Assembly: GCA_902493595.1 (NCBI GenBank)
Contig: CABUPU010000004.1
Span: 9,958-73,957 of the forward strand
DNA from: an uncultured Mycoplasma sp.
GTDB taxonomy: Bacteria > Bacillota_I > Bacilli_A > RF39 > UBA660
DNA length: 64,000 nucleotides
Direction: 5' to 3'
A program made the position numbers and the translations under genes. Each line of letters begins with the position of its first letter. Within the stretch, counting starts at the first letter, position 1. Below are positions 55,091 to 64,000 of the stretch, piece after piece. Under the pieces are notes generated by a model. It saw nothing but the letters and a program-made list of their open reading frames with translations. It had not been told where the DNA came from and made no database searches.

Positions 55091-56308
55091 CTAGTTTAAT
55101 TTATCTTCGATTTCCATAAGTCGATTATATTTACAAATCCTTTCTCCTCTTGAAACAGAACCTGTTTTAATAAAATCAAGATTTAGTCCTACACCTAAGT
55201 CCGCAATAAAGGTATCCATTGTTTCACCACTTCGATGAGAAATAATTGTTTTATACCCATTTTTCTTTGCGGTATAAATAGTATCTAAAAATTCAGTTAC
55301 ACTACCAACTTGATTAGCTTTAAGAAGTATTGCATTTCCAGCACCAAGTTCTATACCTTTTTCTAAATATTTTTTTTGAGATACAAATAAATCATCACCA
55401 ACAATCATTATTTTACCATTAAAATATTTAGTTAATTTACTAAAACTTTCATAATCATTTTCTTCGAAAGGATCTTCAATACTTATAATTGGATATTTTT
55501 TTATTAAATCTACATAATAATCAAATAATTCATCCTTTGATAACTTTTTACCATCGACTAAATAGCTATTTCCATCGTATAGTTCTGATGCTGCAACATC
55601 AAGGGCAAAAAATACATCAGTTCCTGGAGTATAACCACTTTCTGTAATAGCCTTTACTAAAATCATTAAGGCTTCTTCATTATTTTTTAAATCTGGTGCA
55701 AATCCACCTTCATCACCAACACCTGTTGATAAATGATAACCCTTTAAAATAGATTTTAAAGTATTAAATATTTCACTTGCACATCTAATTCTTTCTTTTT
55801 CCTCTTTTTGAACAGGAACAAGCATAAACTCTTGAATATCTAAATTATTATCAGCGTGTTTTCCACCGTTAATAACATTAATCATTGGTACAGGCATATT
55901 AAATTTACCAGTACTAACAAACTCAAATAATTCTTTACCTTCGAGTTTTGCTAAACATTTTAAAGCACATAGTGATACCCCTAAAATGGCATTAGCTCCA
56001 AGTTTAGATTTATTTTCAGTTCCATCAAGTTCAAGCATCTTTTTATCAACATTTTTAATATTTAAATCCATATTATAAAGTGCTGGGAATATTATTTCAT
56101 TAACATTTCTTACAGCCTTTAAAACACCTTTACCATGATATCTTTCATCATTATCACGAAGTTCTAACGCTTCCTTACTTCCTGTTGAGGCTCCAGATGG
56201 AATAGATGATACAGCCTCAACTCCATTTTCTAAGGCCAAAGTTACCTCTAAAGTGGGATTTGATCTACTATCAAGAATTTCTCTTGCTTTTATTTCTTTT
56301 ATCTTCAT
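55091..56308 (-). CDS. eno: Enolase
   Basis: MKIKEIKAREILDSRSNPTLEV.. and SHRSGET. Confidence 0.95.
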   Translation of the reverse strand: MKIKEIKAREILDSRSNPTLEVTLALENGVEAVSSIPSGASTGSKEALELRDNDERYHGKGVLKAVRNVNEIIFPALYNMDLNIKNVDKKMLELDGTENKSKLGANAILGVSLCALKCLAKLEGKELFEFVSTGKFNMPVPMINVINGGKHADNNLDIQEFMLVPVQKEEKERIRCASEIFNTLKSILKGYHLSTGVGDEGGFAPDLKNNEEALMILVKAITESGYTPGTDVFFALDVAASELYDGNSYLVDGKKLSKDELFDYYVDLIKKYPIISIEDPFEENDYESFSKLTKYFNGKIMIVGDDLFVSQKKYLEKGIELGAGNAILLKANQVGSVTEFLDTIYTAKKNGYKTIISHRSGETMDTFIADLGVGLNLDFIKTGSVSRGERICKYNRLMEIEDKLN

Positions 56309-56314
56309 AATTAC

Positions 56315-56893
56315 CTACCAAAATATCTTTGTTATTTCATTTGCTCTTTTCTTAAGAAGTATTAAATCTGTTATATCAAGAATACTTGAAAGCACTAAAA
56401 ATGTTCCAATTACTTGAGTAACCGTAAGTGCGGAAAATGGATTTGATAATACTAATATTCCAAATACCATAAGCATTACTCCAATTACAAAAGTAATTAA
56501 CCAAGATGAATCATCACCTATTTTAAACCATACACCATAAGTTACTTTATTTGCTCCGAATACAATTAAATATAATCCTAAACAAATTGTTAAAAATGAT
56601 GTAACTGAAAATGGAACTAATATAATAATTGCTCCGATTAAAACAAGTATTATTCCAAAAAGCAAATTAAGTGAATAAAGTTTTGCACCATTTCTTGATA
56701 TAAACTTATAAATTGTATTAATACCTGAAAGTGCAAATAAAGCTCCAGTTATAACACCAATTAACTTATTAGACATTTCTGGCATAAATATAAGTACTGC
56801 TCCAATTAAAGCAATAACAATTGAAGTTACTATAGACATCATAATAAATTTATTAAATCTATCACTTATTGTCTCTCTAACTATTCTTCCCAT
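56315..56893 (-). CDS. HdeD/DUF308-family membrane protein
   Basis: Six TM helices in repeating pairs. The track TTG start (56947) spans a TATAAT-like box, so I prefer the ATG at 56893. Confidence 0.55.
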   Translation of the reverse strand: MGRIVRETISDRFNKFIMMSIVTSIVIALIGAVLIFMPEMSNKLIGVITGALFALSGINTIYKFISRNGAKLYSLNLLFGIILVLIGAIIILVPFSVTSFLTICLGLYLIVFGANKVTYGVWFKIGDDSSWLITFVIGVMLMVFGILVLSNPFSALTVTQVIGTFLVLSSILDITDLILLKKRANEITKIFW

Positions 56894-56996
56894 ATTTTTT
56901 TCACATCCTAACATATATATTATAATAATTTTTTTTACTAATTGCAATTATTTATTTTTAATGATATAATATTCTCTTTAAAAAAGGAGGATAAAT

Positions 56997-58235
56997 ATGC
57001 AAATAAGAACAATTACTTTAAAAGAATTTCAAGATTTTTCTGAAAACTGGGAACATCAAAATTTTCATCAAAGTATTAGTTATGCTCTTTTAAAAAGTGA
57101 AGAGGGCTATGAATATGAAATGATTGGCTATTTTGATGGTGATTCAATAGTTGCTAGTGCTCTTGTACTTGTTCAAATGATTAATAGTTATCTATATGCA
57201 TATGTTCCCGAAGGCTTTTTAATTGATTATAAAAATGAAAACTTACTAAATAATTTTACTAAAGATTTAATAAACTTCTATAAAAAAGAGGGTATTGCTT
57301 TTATAAGAATAAATCCTACAATACCTATTGCTAAAATAGATAATAAAACAAAAAATCCTATATATAATGATAACTACCGTATAATAGAAATATTAAATAG
57401 ATGCGGTTATATAAAAATAGATACCTCTAAAGTATTTACTTCAATACTACCTACTTATGAAGCAATTGTAAATTTAGATAGTTTTAATATAAATAATTTA
57501 AATAAAAATGTTAGAAATAAAATTAGAAAATGTGAAAGAAAAGGTTTAATTATAGAAAAATCTGATGCACTAAGTATGGATAAATTATATAAATTTATTA
57601 AAAATAAAATACATAAAGATATGTTTCATTATAGTGATTATTATAATATTTTTAATAAAGAAAATGCTATTGATTACTTTTTAGTTAAAATAGATAATGA
57701 AAGTTTAGCAATAAATAGTCAAAAAGCTTATGAAGAAGAAAAAGAAAAAAATGAACTTTTAAGTAAAAAACTTCTTAAAGTACCAAGTGAAAAAAATATT
57801 AATAAAAAGATGAATTCTGATAAAGCACTTCTTTGTTTAAAAGAGGATATACTTCTTTCAAATAAATATCTTGCTAATAATGAAGATAATTATATAGCGG
57901 GAGCTCTTGTTATAAAATGCAAAGATAAAATATCTATTTTAGTAAGTGGTTATGATAAAAAATATCAATCATTTTCACCAAATTATTTCTTATTTTATAA
58001 AATATTAATGAACTATAAAAATAATTATAAATTTGCCTCTTTAGGGGGTGTCTCTGGTAACTTTTCAAAAGATAGTAAATATTATGGTCTTGACAATTTT
58101 AAAATGGGATTTAAACCAGATATATATGAATATATTGGAGAATTTGATTTAATATTAAATAAAATAAATTATTATTTCTTAAATAAAAAGAATTTAGTAG
58201 AAAAAGAATTTCAAAAAAATAAGTATCTAAAATAA
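56997..58235 (+). CDS. FemAB-family peptidoglycan interpeptide-bridge aminoacyltransferase
   Basis: 412 aa with the two-GNAT-halves-plus-coiled-coil-insert layout typical of FemX/MurM. Strong RBS AAGGAGG. Confidence 0.72.
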   Translation: MQIRTITLKEFQDFSENWEHQNFHQSISYALLKSEEGYEYEMIGYFDGDSIVASALVLVQMINSYLYAYVPEGFLIDYKNENLLNNFTKDLINFYKKEGIAFIRINPTIPIAKIDNKTKNPIYNDNYRIIEILNRCGYIKIDTSKVFTSILPTYEAIVNLDSFNINNLNKNVRNKIRKCERKGLIIEKSDALSMDKLYKFIKNKIHKDMFHYSDYYNIFNKENAIDYFLVKIDNESLAINSQKAYEEEKEKNELLSKKLLKVPSEKNINKKMNSDKALLCLKEDILLSNKYLANNEDNYIAGALVIKCKDKISILVSGYDKKYQSFSPNYFLFYKILMNYKNNYKFASLGGVSGNFSKDSKYYGLDNFKMGFKPDIYEYIGEFDLILNKINYYFLNKKNLVEKEFQKNKYLK

Positions 58236-58242
58236 CAGATAC

Positions 58243-58446
58243 TTATTTTTGTAATAATAAATAAAGTTTTAAATATATAGAAATATCTTCATTATTATTT
58301 AATAAAATATTATATAAATCTATAGTCCTAATTCCCATTTTATATGCAATATCTACCATATTTATTTTATTACTAGCAATTAGTTTTAAACATCTATTAG
58401 ATATATTAGTTATAAAATCATTTTTTTCTTTCATTAGTTTCTCCAT
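58243..58446 (-). CDS. Small hypothetical protein with a possible HTH
   Basis: 67-aa ORF. INMVDIAYKMGIRTIDLYNIL looks HTH-like. Confidence 0.4.
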   Translation of the reverse strand: MEKLMKEKNDFITNISNRCLKLIASNKINMVDIAYKMGIRTIDLYNILLNNNEDISIYLKLYLLLQK

Positions 58447-58527
58447 AAATTACTTCATTTATTAATTTTTTATTTTTATTTATAAAATTAAAAGTTAAAT
58501 CAATTATATTATTTTTATTACCAAAGG

Positions 58528-59556
58528 CTAATATATAAATATTATTATTATATTCAATGTTAGTGCTTGCTCACCCAAAGTATTAACTCTTATTATATAA
58601 TTACTATCTATATTAACCTTTACTGGTTCAATACCTTTTTTATAGTCTAAATTACCCATCTGGAGTTTATTTAATAGTTCTATTGGTATATTTATATCTG
58701 TTAAGTTAATAACTTCATTAGGCATCTCAAATACGTTTTCTTTAGGGATAATTTTTTTACATTCTTCATAAATATCATACATACTATCAAGTAATTTAGT
58801 TATTTCTTCATCCGAGGATATATTAGAGTTAATCATTATATCTAACTTTCTTTCGAGTGTTTGTAAAACAGTTAATAAAGTAATAAAATTAACTTCAGGG
58901 TACATAGCATTATCAAAATCTAAATATGGTTTTGCAAGTGATAATATACTTACTACTGCTTCATTATTTAAATAATCTTTATATAATAATTCATTACTTT
59001 TAAGAAATGCTATTATAGAAATATATTTTTCATTATGAAAAAAGTTCTCTTTTACTTTGTTATCTCTTTTTGGAAGTTCAACTTTAGAAAGAGATGCATC
59101 AAAATTATTCTCAACAGGTTTTCTTTTATTAGGTTTATAATTAGATAAAACTATATTTATTTCACTAATAGAAAATTTATGTTTCATCATAAATTTAGTT
59201 ATAAATGAATAATCAAGTGATCCATTATCAAAATCCTCTTTTAGATCAGATAGTTCATAATATCTTTTATCAACATTTTCAAAAATAGAATTATTTAATA
59301 TTGTTGATATAATAGAATCATATAGTGAAAATTCATAATAATCTTTTTCTGTTAAATTTTTACCCTCTATAATTAAATTTCTAAAATCATTTTTAAAGTA
59401 TTTATTATTTTCAGGGTAGTCTAAAAGAGGATATAATTTTTTTATATCCATCGAAGAAGTAAACTTTTTTAATATACCTAAAAAATTTAATTCGGATAAA
59501 ATCTCTTTATAATACTCTAATAAATAATTATTAAATTTGTCCATTGTATTTGTCAT
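58528..59556 (-). CDS. Hypothetical 342-aa protein
   Basis: ORF with an upstream TTGCAA-N17-TAAAAT promoter module. No recognisable motif. Confidence 0.6.
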   Translation of the reverse strand: MTNTMDKFNNYLLEYYKEILSELNFLGILKKFTSSMDIKKLYPLLDYPENNKYFKNDFRNLIIEGKNLTEKDYYEFSLYDSIISTILNNSIFENVDKRYYELSDLKEDFDNGSLDYSFITKFMMKHKFSISEINIVLSNYKPNKRKPVENNFDASLSKVELPKRDNKVKENFFHNEKYISIIAFLKSNELLYKDYLNNEAVVSILSLAKPYLDFDNAMYPEVNFITLLTVLQTLERKLDIMINSNISSDEEITKLLDSMYDIYEECKKIIPKENVFEMPNEVINLTDINIPIELLNKLQMGNLDYKKGIEPVKVNIDSNYIIRVNTLGEQALTLNIIIIFIY

Positions 59557-59576
59557 ATACTACTCTACCCTAGATA

Positions 59577-59640
59577 ATTTTAACATAATATAATTAAAGT
59601 TGCAAATAAAAAAACCACGAAATTACTTCAGTGATTTTTA
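59577..59640 (-). repeat. Terminator-plus-promoter module, distal copy
   Basis: Shares AGTTGCAAATAAAAAAACCACGAAATTA..GTGATTTTTA and TTTTAACATA with 60270-60331. Contains a hairpin plus U-run followed by TTGCAA (59600-59605) - 17 nt - TAAAAT (59577-59582). Confidence 0.8.
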
Positions 59641-59674
59641 AAATTTATTATACTTTTATATTTTTTAAATATGT

Positions 59675-60244
59675 TTAGTACCATTTTTGTAATTCGGGGT
59701 TTTCCCTATTTAATACTAATTTTTTTCCTTCCATTTTTGATGATTCATAGTACACATCACAAATACAGTCAAACTTTAACTCGTTATTACTACGACTTAT
59801 TTTAACACCTCTTTTTTGAAACTCATTATATATTTTTCTTAAATTAAAACCAACAAATTTGTTTAAAACTTCTTCCCATATATTATTTTTATATAAAATA
59901 CTTCCTCTTACATCATGTTCTAAAGAATATTCCTTGTTAAGAATAGAAAAAAATCTTGTTTTATCATTTTGTAAATTTGTAATTTTTAAAACATTATCAA
60001 TCCCTTTAAAAGTTGATAAATATTTAATTCTATATACCTTTGGAATAGGATTTCCAGCATTTTTATAAAACCATTTTTGTAATTGCTTTATGTTATCAAA
60101 AAATAATGGGCTTTTTTTATAAGTACTTGTATGTGCTGGAATATAAACATCACTATTTATTTCATCACTATAATAATACTCACCACCATCGTAAGATATT
60201 TCATAAGGAACAATATATAATAGTTCTATATCATTTTCATTCAT
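59675..60244 (-). CDS. Hypothetical 189-aa protein
   Basis: ORF bracketed by the duplicated terminator/promoter module. No motif recognised. Confidence 0.6.
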   Translation of the reverse strand: MNENDIELLYIVPYEISYDGGEYYYSDEINSDVYIPAHTSTYKKSPLFFDNIKQLQKWFYKNAGNPIPKVYRIKYLSTFKGIDNVLKITNLQNDKTRFFSILNKEYSLEHDVRGSILYKNNIWEEVLNKFVGFNLRKIYNEFQKRGVKISRSNNELKFDCICDVYYESSKMEGKKLVLNRENPELQKWY

Positions 60245-60269
60245 ACCAAAACCTTCTTTCTTGCACTAT

Positions 60270-60331
60270 ATTTTAACATATAATGGGTTGAGTTGCAAAT
60301 AAAAAAACCACGAAATTAATCGTGATTTTTA
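60270..60331 (-). repeat. tuf terminator plus promoter module, proximal copy
   Basis: Minus strand reads AAAAAUCACGA-uuaauu-UCGUGGUUUUUUU, then TTGCAA (60293-60298) - 17 nt - TAAAAT (60270-60275). Confidence 0.8.
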
Positions 60332-60339
60332 GTTATTCC

Positions 60340-61506
60340 TTATTTTAAAATTTCAGAAATAACACCAGCACCAACAGTTCTTCCACCTTCACGGATAGAG
60401 AATTTAGTACCTTTTTCAAGAGCTACTGGAGCAATTAGTTCAACAGTCATGTCAACTTTATCGCCAGGCATAACCATTTCAACACCAGCAGGTAGTTCAA
60501 TAACACCTGTTACGTCAGTAGTTCTGAAATAGAATTGTGGTCTATAATTTGAGAAGAATGGAGTATGTCTTCCGCCTTCTTCTTTAGATAGAACATAAAC
60601 ACTTGCAGTGAATTTTGTATGAGGTGTAACGCTTCCTGGTTTAGCTAAAACTTGTCCACGTTCAACATCATCTCTAGAAATACCACGAAGTAAAACTCCA
60701 GCGTTATCTCCAGCTTCAGCAAAGTCTAATGTTTTTCTAAACATTTCAATACCAGTTACAACTGATTTTTGAGTAGGTCTTAAACCAACGATTTCAACTT
60801 CGTCATTAAGTTTAAGAATACCTCTTTCAACACGACCAGTAACAACTGTACCACGTCCTGAAATAGTAAATACATCTTCAATACTCATTAAGAATGGTTT
60901 ATCAGTATCTCTTACTGGTGATGGAATATATTCATCAACAGCAGCCATAAGGTCACGGATACTCTTTTCAGCTTCAGGATCTCCTTCAAGAGCCTTAAGA
61001 GCTGAACCTCTTATGATAGGACATTCAGTGTCATAACCATATTCTCCTAATAATTCTCTGATTTCCATTTCTACTAAATCAAGTAATTCTGGATCATCAA
61101 CTTGATCACATTTGTTCATGAAAACAACAATTTTAGGTACTCCAACTTGTCTAGCAAGTAAGATATGCTCTCTTGTTTGAGGCATAGGACCATCTGCAGC
61201 TGATACTACTAGAATAGCACCATCCATTTGAGCTGCACCAGTAATCATGTTTTTTACGTAGTCAGCATGTCCTGGACAGTCAACGTGAGCATAGTGACGT
61301 TTTGCAGTCTCATACTCAACGTGTGCAGTATTAATAGTAATACCTCTTTCTCTTTCTTCTGGAGCTTTATCGATATCTGCATAATCAACAAATTTTCCAA
61401 AGTATTTAGTGATCGCAGCAGTTAATGTAGTTTTACCATGGTCTACGTGTCCAATAGTACCAATATTAACGTGTTCTTTTGAACGATCAAATTTTTCTCT
61501 TGCCAT
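60340..61506 (-). CDS. tuf: Elongation factor Tu
   Basis: [19 protein letters not shown]; essentially full-length EF-Tu. Confidence 0.98.
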   Translation of the reverse strand: MAREKFDRSKEHVNIGTIGHVDHGKTTLTAAITKYFGKFVDYADIDKAPEERERGITINTAHVEYETAKRHYAHVDCPGHADYVKNMITGAAQMDGAILVVSAADGPMPQTREHILLARQVGVPKIVVFMNKCDQVDDPELLDLVEMEIRELLGEYGYDTECPIIRGSALKALEGDPEAEKSIRDLMAAVDEYIPSPVRDTDKPFLMSIEDVFTISGRGTVVTGRVERGILKLNDEVEIVGLRPTQKSVVTGIEMFRKTLDFAEAGDNAGVLLRGISRDDVERGQVLAKPGSVTPHTKFTASVYVLSKEEGGRHTPFFSNYRPQFYFRTTDVTGVIELPAGVEMVMPGDKVDMTVELIAPVALEKGTKFSIREGGRTVGAGVISEILK

Positions 61507-61535
61507 ATAATATTTTCCTCCTTTTCTACTATTAT

Positions 61536-61564
61536 ATTTTATCTAATGCTTGAAAAAATTTCAA
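61536..61564 (-). promoter_or_regulatory. Internal promoter for tuf in the fusA-tuf spacer
   Basis: TTGAAA - 17 nt - TAAAAT. It overlaps a short hairpin CTTGAAA-tttt-TTCAAG. Confidence 0.4.
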
Positions 61565-61573
61565 GTATTATTC

Positions 61574-63646
61574 TTAATTAACGCTGTTTTTCTTAATAAT
61601 ATCTTCAGCGATTGATTTTGGAACCTCTTCATAGTGGTCCATAAACATTGTAAATGTTCCTCTACCTTGAGTATTACTTCTTAAAGAAGTTGCATAACCA
61701 AACATTTCAGCAAGTGGAACCATTGCAACTATTGAAAGTGCATTTCCTCTTGATTCATTACCCATTGGTTTACCTCTTCTTGAAGTTAAGTCACCCATAA
61801 CATTTCCTAAATATTCTTCAGGAACTACTACTTCAACCTTCATTATAGGTTCAAGAAGTACAGGTTTACATTTATTTTTTGCTTCTTTTAAAGCTAGTGA
61901 TGCAGCAACTTTGAAAGCCATTTCTGATGAGTCTACATCATGGTATGAACCATCAAATAATGTTGCCTTAACATCTACCATTGGATAACCAGCAAGGATA
62001 CCACCAGCCATGGCCTCTTGTAATCCTTTATCTGTAACTGGAATATATTCTCTTGGAACTACTCCACCAACGATAGCATCAACAAATTCATAACCTTTAC
62101 CAGGATTTGGTTCAAATCTAACCCAAACATGTCCATATTGTCCACGTCCACCTGATTGTTTAATGTATTTACCTTCACATTCACCCATTTGAGTAAGTGT
62201 TTCACGATAAGCAACTTGTGGTTTGCCAACATTACAATCAACGTTAAATTCTCTTCTCATTCTTTCAACAAGAACGTCTAAGTGAAGTTCACCCATTCCT
62301 GAAATAACTGTTTGACCAGTTTCATGATCAGTATGATATTTAAATGATGGATCTTCACCAGCAAGTTTAGATAGCGCAGTTGCCATCTTATCTTGATCTG
62401 CTTTACTCTTAGGTTCAATAGCAAGGTCAATAACTGGTTCTGGAATTTCCATACCTTTTAAAATAACTGGATTTTTTTCATCACATAGAGTGTCTGCAGT
62501 AGTAGTATCTTTTAAACCTACAGCAGCGGCAATTTCACCTGCATAAACACAATCAATTTCTTTTCTTGTATTTGCATGCATTTGTAAAATACGACCAACT
62601 CTTTCTTTTTCACCTTTTGTTGAATTTAGTACATAACTACCACTTGAAAGTTTACCAGAATAAACTCTAAAGAAAGTTAGTGTTCCAACAAATGGATCTG
62701 TCATAACTTTAAATGCTAAAGCAGTAAATGGTTCATTATCATCTGCTTTTCTTAATACATCGTTACCATTTTTATCTACACATTCAGCTGCACCAATATC
62801 AAGTGGGCTTGGTAAATAATCAATAACAGCATCAAGAGCAAATTTAATACCCATATTAGCTTTTGCACTACCTACAGTAACAGGGAAGAATTTAACTGCT
62901 AAAGTTCCTTTTCTTATTGCTCTTTTTACAAGATCAACAGATACTTCTTCACCCTCTAGGTATTTTTCCATTAATTCATCGTCAAATTCAGCAACTGCTT
63001 CAATAAGGTCAGTTCTTTTTTCTTCGATGAAATCTTTCATATCTTCAGGAACATCTGTTTCAGTATAATTTTCATCTGCTGAACCATCATACATTAATGC
63101 CTTACGATTTAAAATATCAATAATACCTTTAAAATTAGATTCTGCTCCAATTGGCCATGCAATAGGTTTTGCATTAACACCAAGTCTTTTCTTAATTGTT
63201 TCAAGACTATATTCATAGTCAGCACCTAATTTATCCATCTTGTTAGCAAAAACAAGACGAGGTACATTAAATTCAGTAGCTTGTCTCCAAACTGTTTCAG
63301 TTTGAGGTTCTACACCATTTTGAGCATCAAGTACAGTAACTGCACCATCAAGTACTCTTAAACTTCTTTCAACTTCAATTGTGAAGTCTACGTGACCTGG
63401 AGTATCAATAATATTAAGTCTATAACCTTTCCAATGTGCTGTTGTTGCAGCGGAAGTAATTGTTATACCTCTTTCTTTTTCTTGATCCATCCAGTCCATT
63501 TGGCTCTCACCATCGTGAGTTTCACCAATTTTATGAATTTTACCAGTATGATATAAAACTCTTTCTGTAAATGTTGTTTTACCAGCATCTATGTGAGCCA
63601 TTATACCAATATTTCTAGTTTTATCTAATGAAACATCTCTTGCCAT
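61574..63646 (-). CDS. fusA: Elongation factor G
   Basis: [21 protein letters not shown]; 690 aa. Confidence 0.98.
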   Translation of the reverse strand: MARDVSLDKTRNIGIMAHIDAGKTTFTERVLYHTGKIHKIGETHDGESQMDWMDQEKERGITITSAATTAHWKGYRLNIIDTPGHVDFTIEVERSLRVLDGAVTVLDAQNGVEPQTETVWRQATEFNVPRLVFANKMDKLGADYEYSLETIKKRLGVNAKPIAWPIGAESNFKGIIDILNRKALMYDGSADENYTETDVPEDMKDFIEEKRTDLIEAVAEFDDELMEKYLEGEEVSVDLVKRAIRKGTLAVKFFPVTVGSAKANMGIKFALDAVIDYLPSPLDIGAAECVDKNGNDVLRKADDNEPFTALAFKVMTDPFVGTLTFFRVYSGKLSSGSYVLNSTKGEKERVGRILQMHANTRKEIDCVYAGEIAAAVGLKDTTTADTLCDEKNPVILKGMEIPEPVIDLAIEPKSKADQDKMATALSKLAGEDPSFKYHTDHETGQTVISGMGELHLDVLVERMRREFNVDCNVGKPQVAYRETLTQMGECEGKYIKQSGGRGQYGHVWVRFEPNPGKGYEFVDAIVGGVVPREYIPVTDKGLQEAMAGGILAGYPMVDVKATLFDGSYHDVDSSEMAFKVAASLALKEAKNKCKPVLLEPIMKVEVVVPEEYLGNVMGDLTSRRGKPMGNESRGNALSIVAMVPLAEMFGYATSLRSNTQGRGTFTMFMDHYEEVPKSIAEDIIKKNSVN

Positions 63647-63652
63647 AAATGC

Positions 63653-64000
63653 CTACCATCTATAGTGAGCAAATGCTTTATTAGCCTCTGCCATCTTATG
63701 AGTATCTTCTCTTTTTTTAACGGCTCCACCAACACCTTTTGCAGCGTCCATGATTTCATTAGCTAAATTTACAGCCATGCCCTTTCCGTTTCTAAGTTTT
63801 GCATAATTAACAAGCCAACGAAGTGCTAACGCTTGACTTCTATCGTCAGAAATTTCGATTGGAACTTGGTAATTACTTCCACCAACTCTTCTTGATTTAA
63901 CTTCAAGAGCTGGTCTAATATTTTCTAATGCTTTGTTATATACTTCAATTGGTTCTTCTTTAGTAGTTTTCTTAATTATATCAAATGCATCATATACAAT
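63653..64000 (-). CDS. rpsG: 30S ribosomal protein S7 (C-terminal part; 5' end beyond the window)
   Basis: Not in the ORF track (edge-truncated). My translation ends ..NKAFAHYRW-stop. Sits at the str operon position upstream of fusA. Confidence 0.9.
   Translation of the reverse strand: MVYDAFDIIKKTTKEEPIEVYNKALENIRPALEVKSRRVGGSNYQVPIEISDDRSQALALRWLVNYAKLRNGKGMAVNLANEIMDAAKGVGGAVKKREDTHKMAEANKAFAHYRW

Noticed and set aside
58418-58570. A 50-codon open frame (-1 relative to the end of the 342-aa ORF) that could extend that protein by frameshifting and would overlap the 67-aa ORF start.
   Set aside because: No slippery heptamer exists after the TGA that opens the frame. Open frames of this length occur by chance many times in this window, as the antisense ORFs show.
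39141-62241. Track ORFs 39141-39422, 39352-39573, 42577-42843, 42868-43224, 52056-52250, 59859-60068, 61228-61425 and 62059-62241.
   Set aside because: They are antisense, or out of frame on the same strand, within rny, the liaF-like gene, PFOR, the 189-aa ORF, tuf and fusA. They are not supported as genes.
60340-64000. The markedly higher GC of tuf/fusA/rpsG compared with the rest of the window, considered as a possible sign of horizontal transfer.
   Set aside because: This is expected for highly conserved, highly expressed translation genes under strong amino-acid and codon constraint. The canonical str-operon order also argues against foreign origin.

Overview
AT-rich (roughly one quarter GC, judged by eye) Firmicutes chromosome segment using the standard code, transcribed almost entirely on the minus strand. 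All homology calls come from motifs I recognise in the translations. No searches or computations were run.

Core blocks show Bacillus-like synteny:
- cotD-like, pgsA, rodZ-like, rnpB, gpsB
- recU-ponA
- nth-dnaD-cca
- murE-asnB-scpB-scpA
- rnj and rny
- an MBOAT/DHHW/SGNH O-acylation cluster
- recG
- PFOR-eno
- the end of the str operon (rpsG-fusA-tuf)

RNA genes found: RNase P RNA, tRNA-Leu(CAA) and tRNA-Met(CAT).

The first ~19 kb is an accessory/defence region containing:
- an edge-truncated helicase IV-like gene
- an uncharacterised membrane two-gene module directly behind a complete type I R-M operon (hsdR-hsdM-hsdS)
- decayed toxin genes
- HigB with a HigA-ImmA fusion
- NUDIX and methyltransferase genes
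- a complete DpnII-type cassette (dpnM-dpnA-dpnB)

Smaller accessory inserts are an orphan radical SAM gene beside tRNA-Leu, an Abi_2/HEPN gene beside tRNA-Met, and three orphan genes behind tuf. I found no integrase, transposase, CRISPR array or rRNA.

Most interesting observations:
1. The 886-aa + 118-aa membrane module coupled to the type I R-M is the best candidate for an undescribed system.
2. Accessory cassettes are repeatedly bracketed by direct repeats that are duplicated host terminator or promoter modules, with no recombinase present.
3. Two paralogous C-rich small-RNA candidates with homologous promoters flank recG in inverted orientation.
4. A 12-kb block is bounded by exact 27-bp direct repeats.
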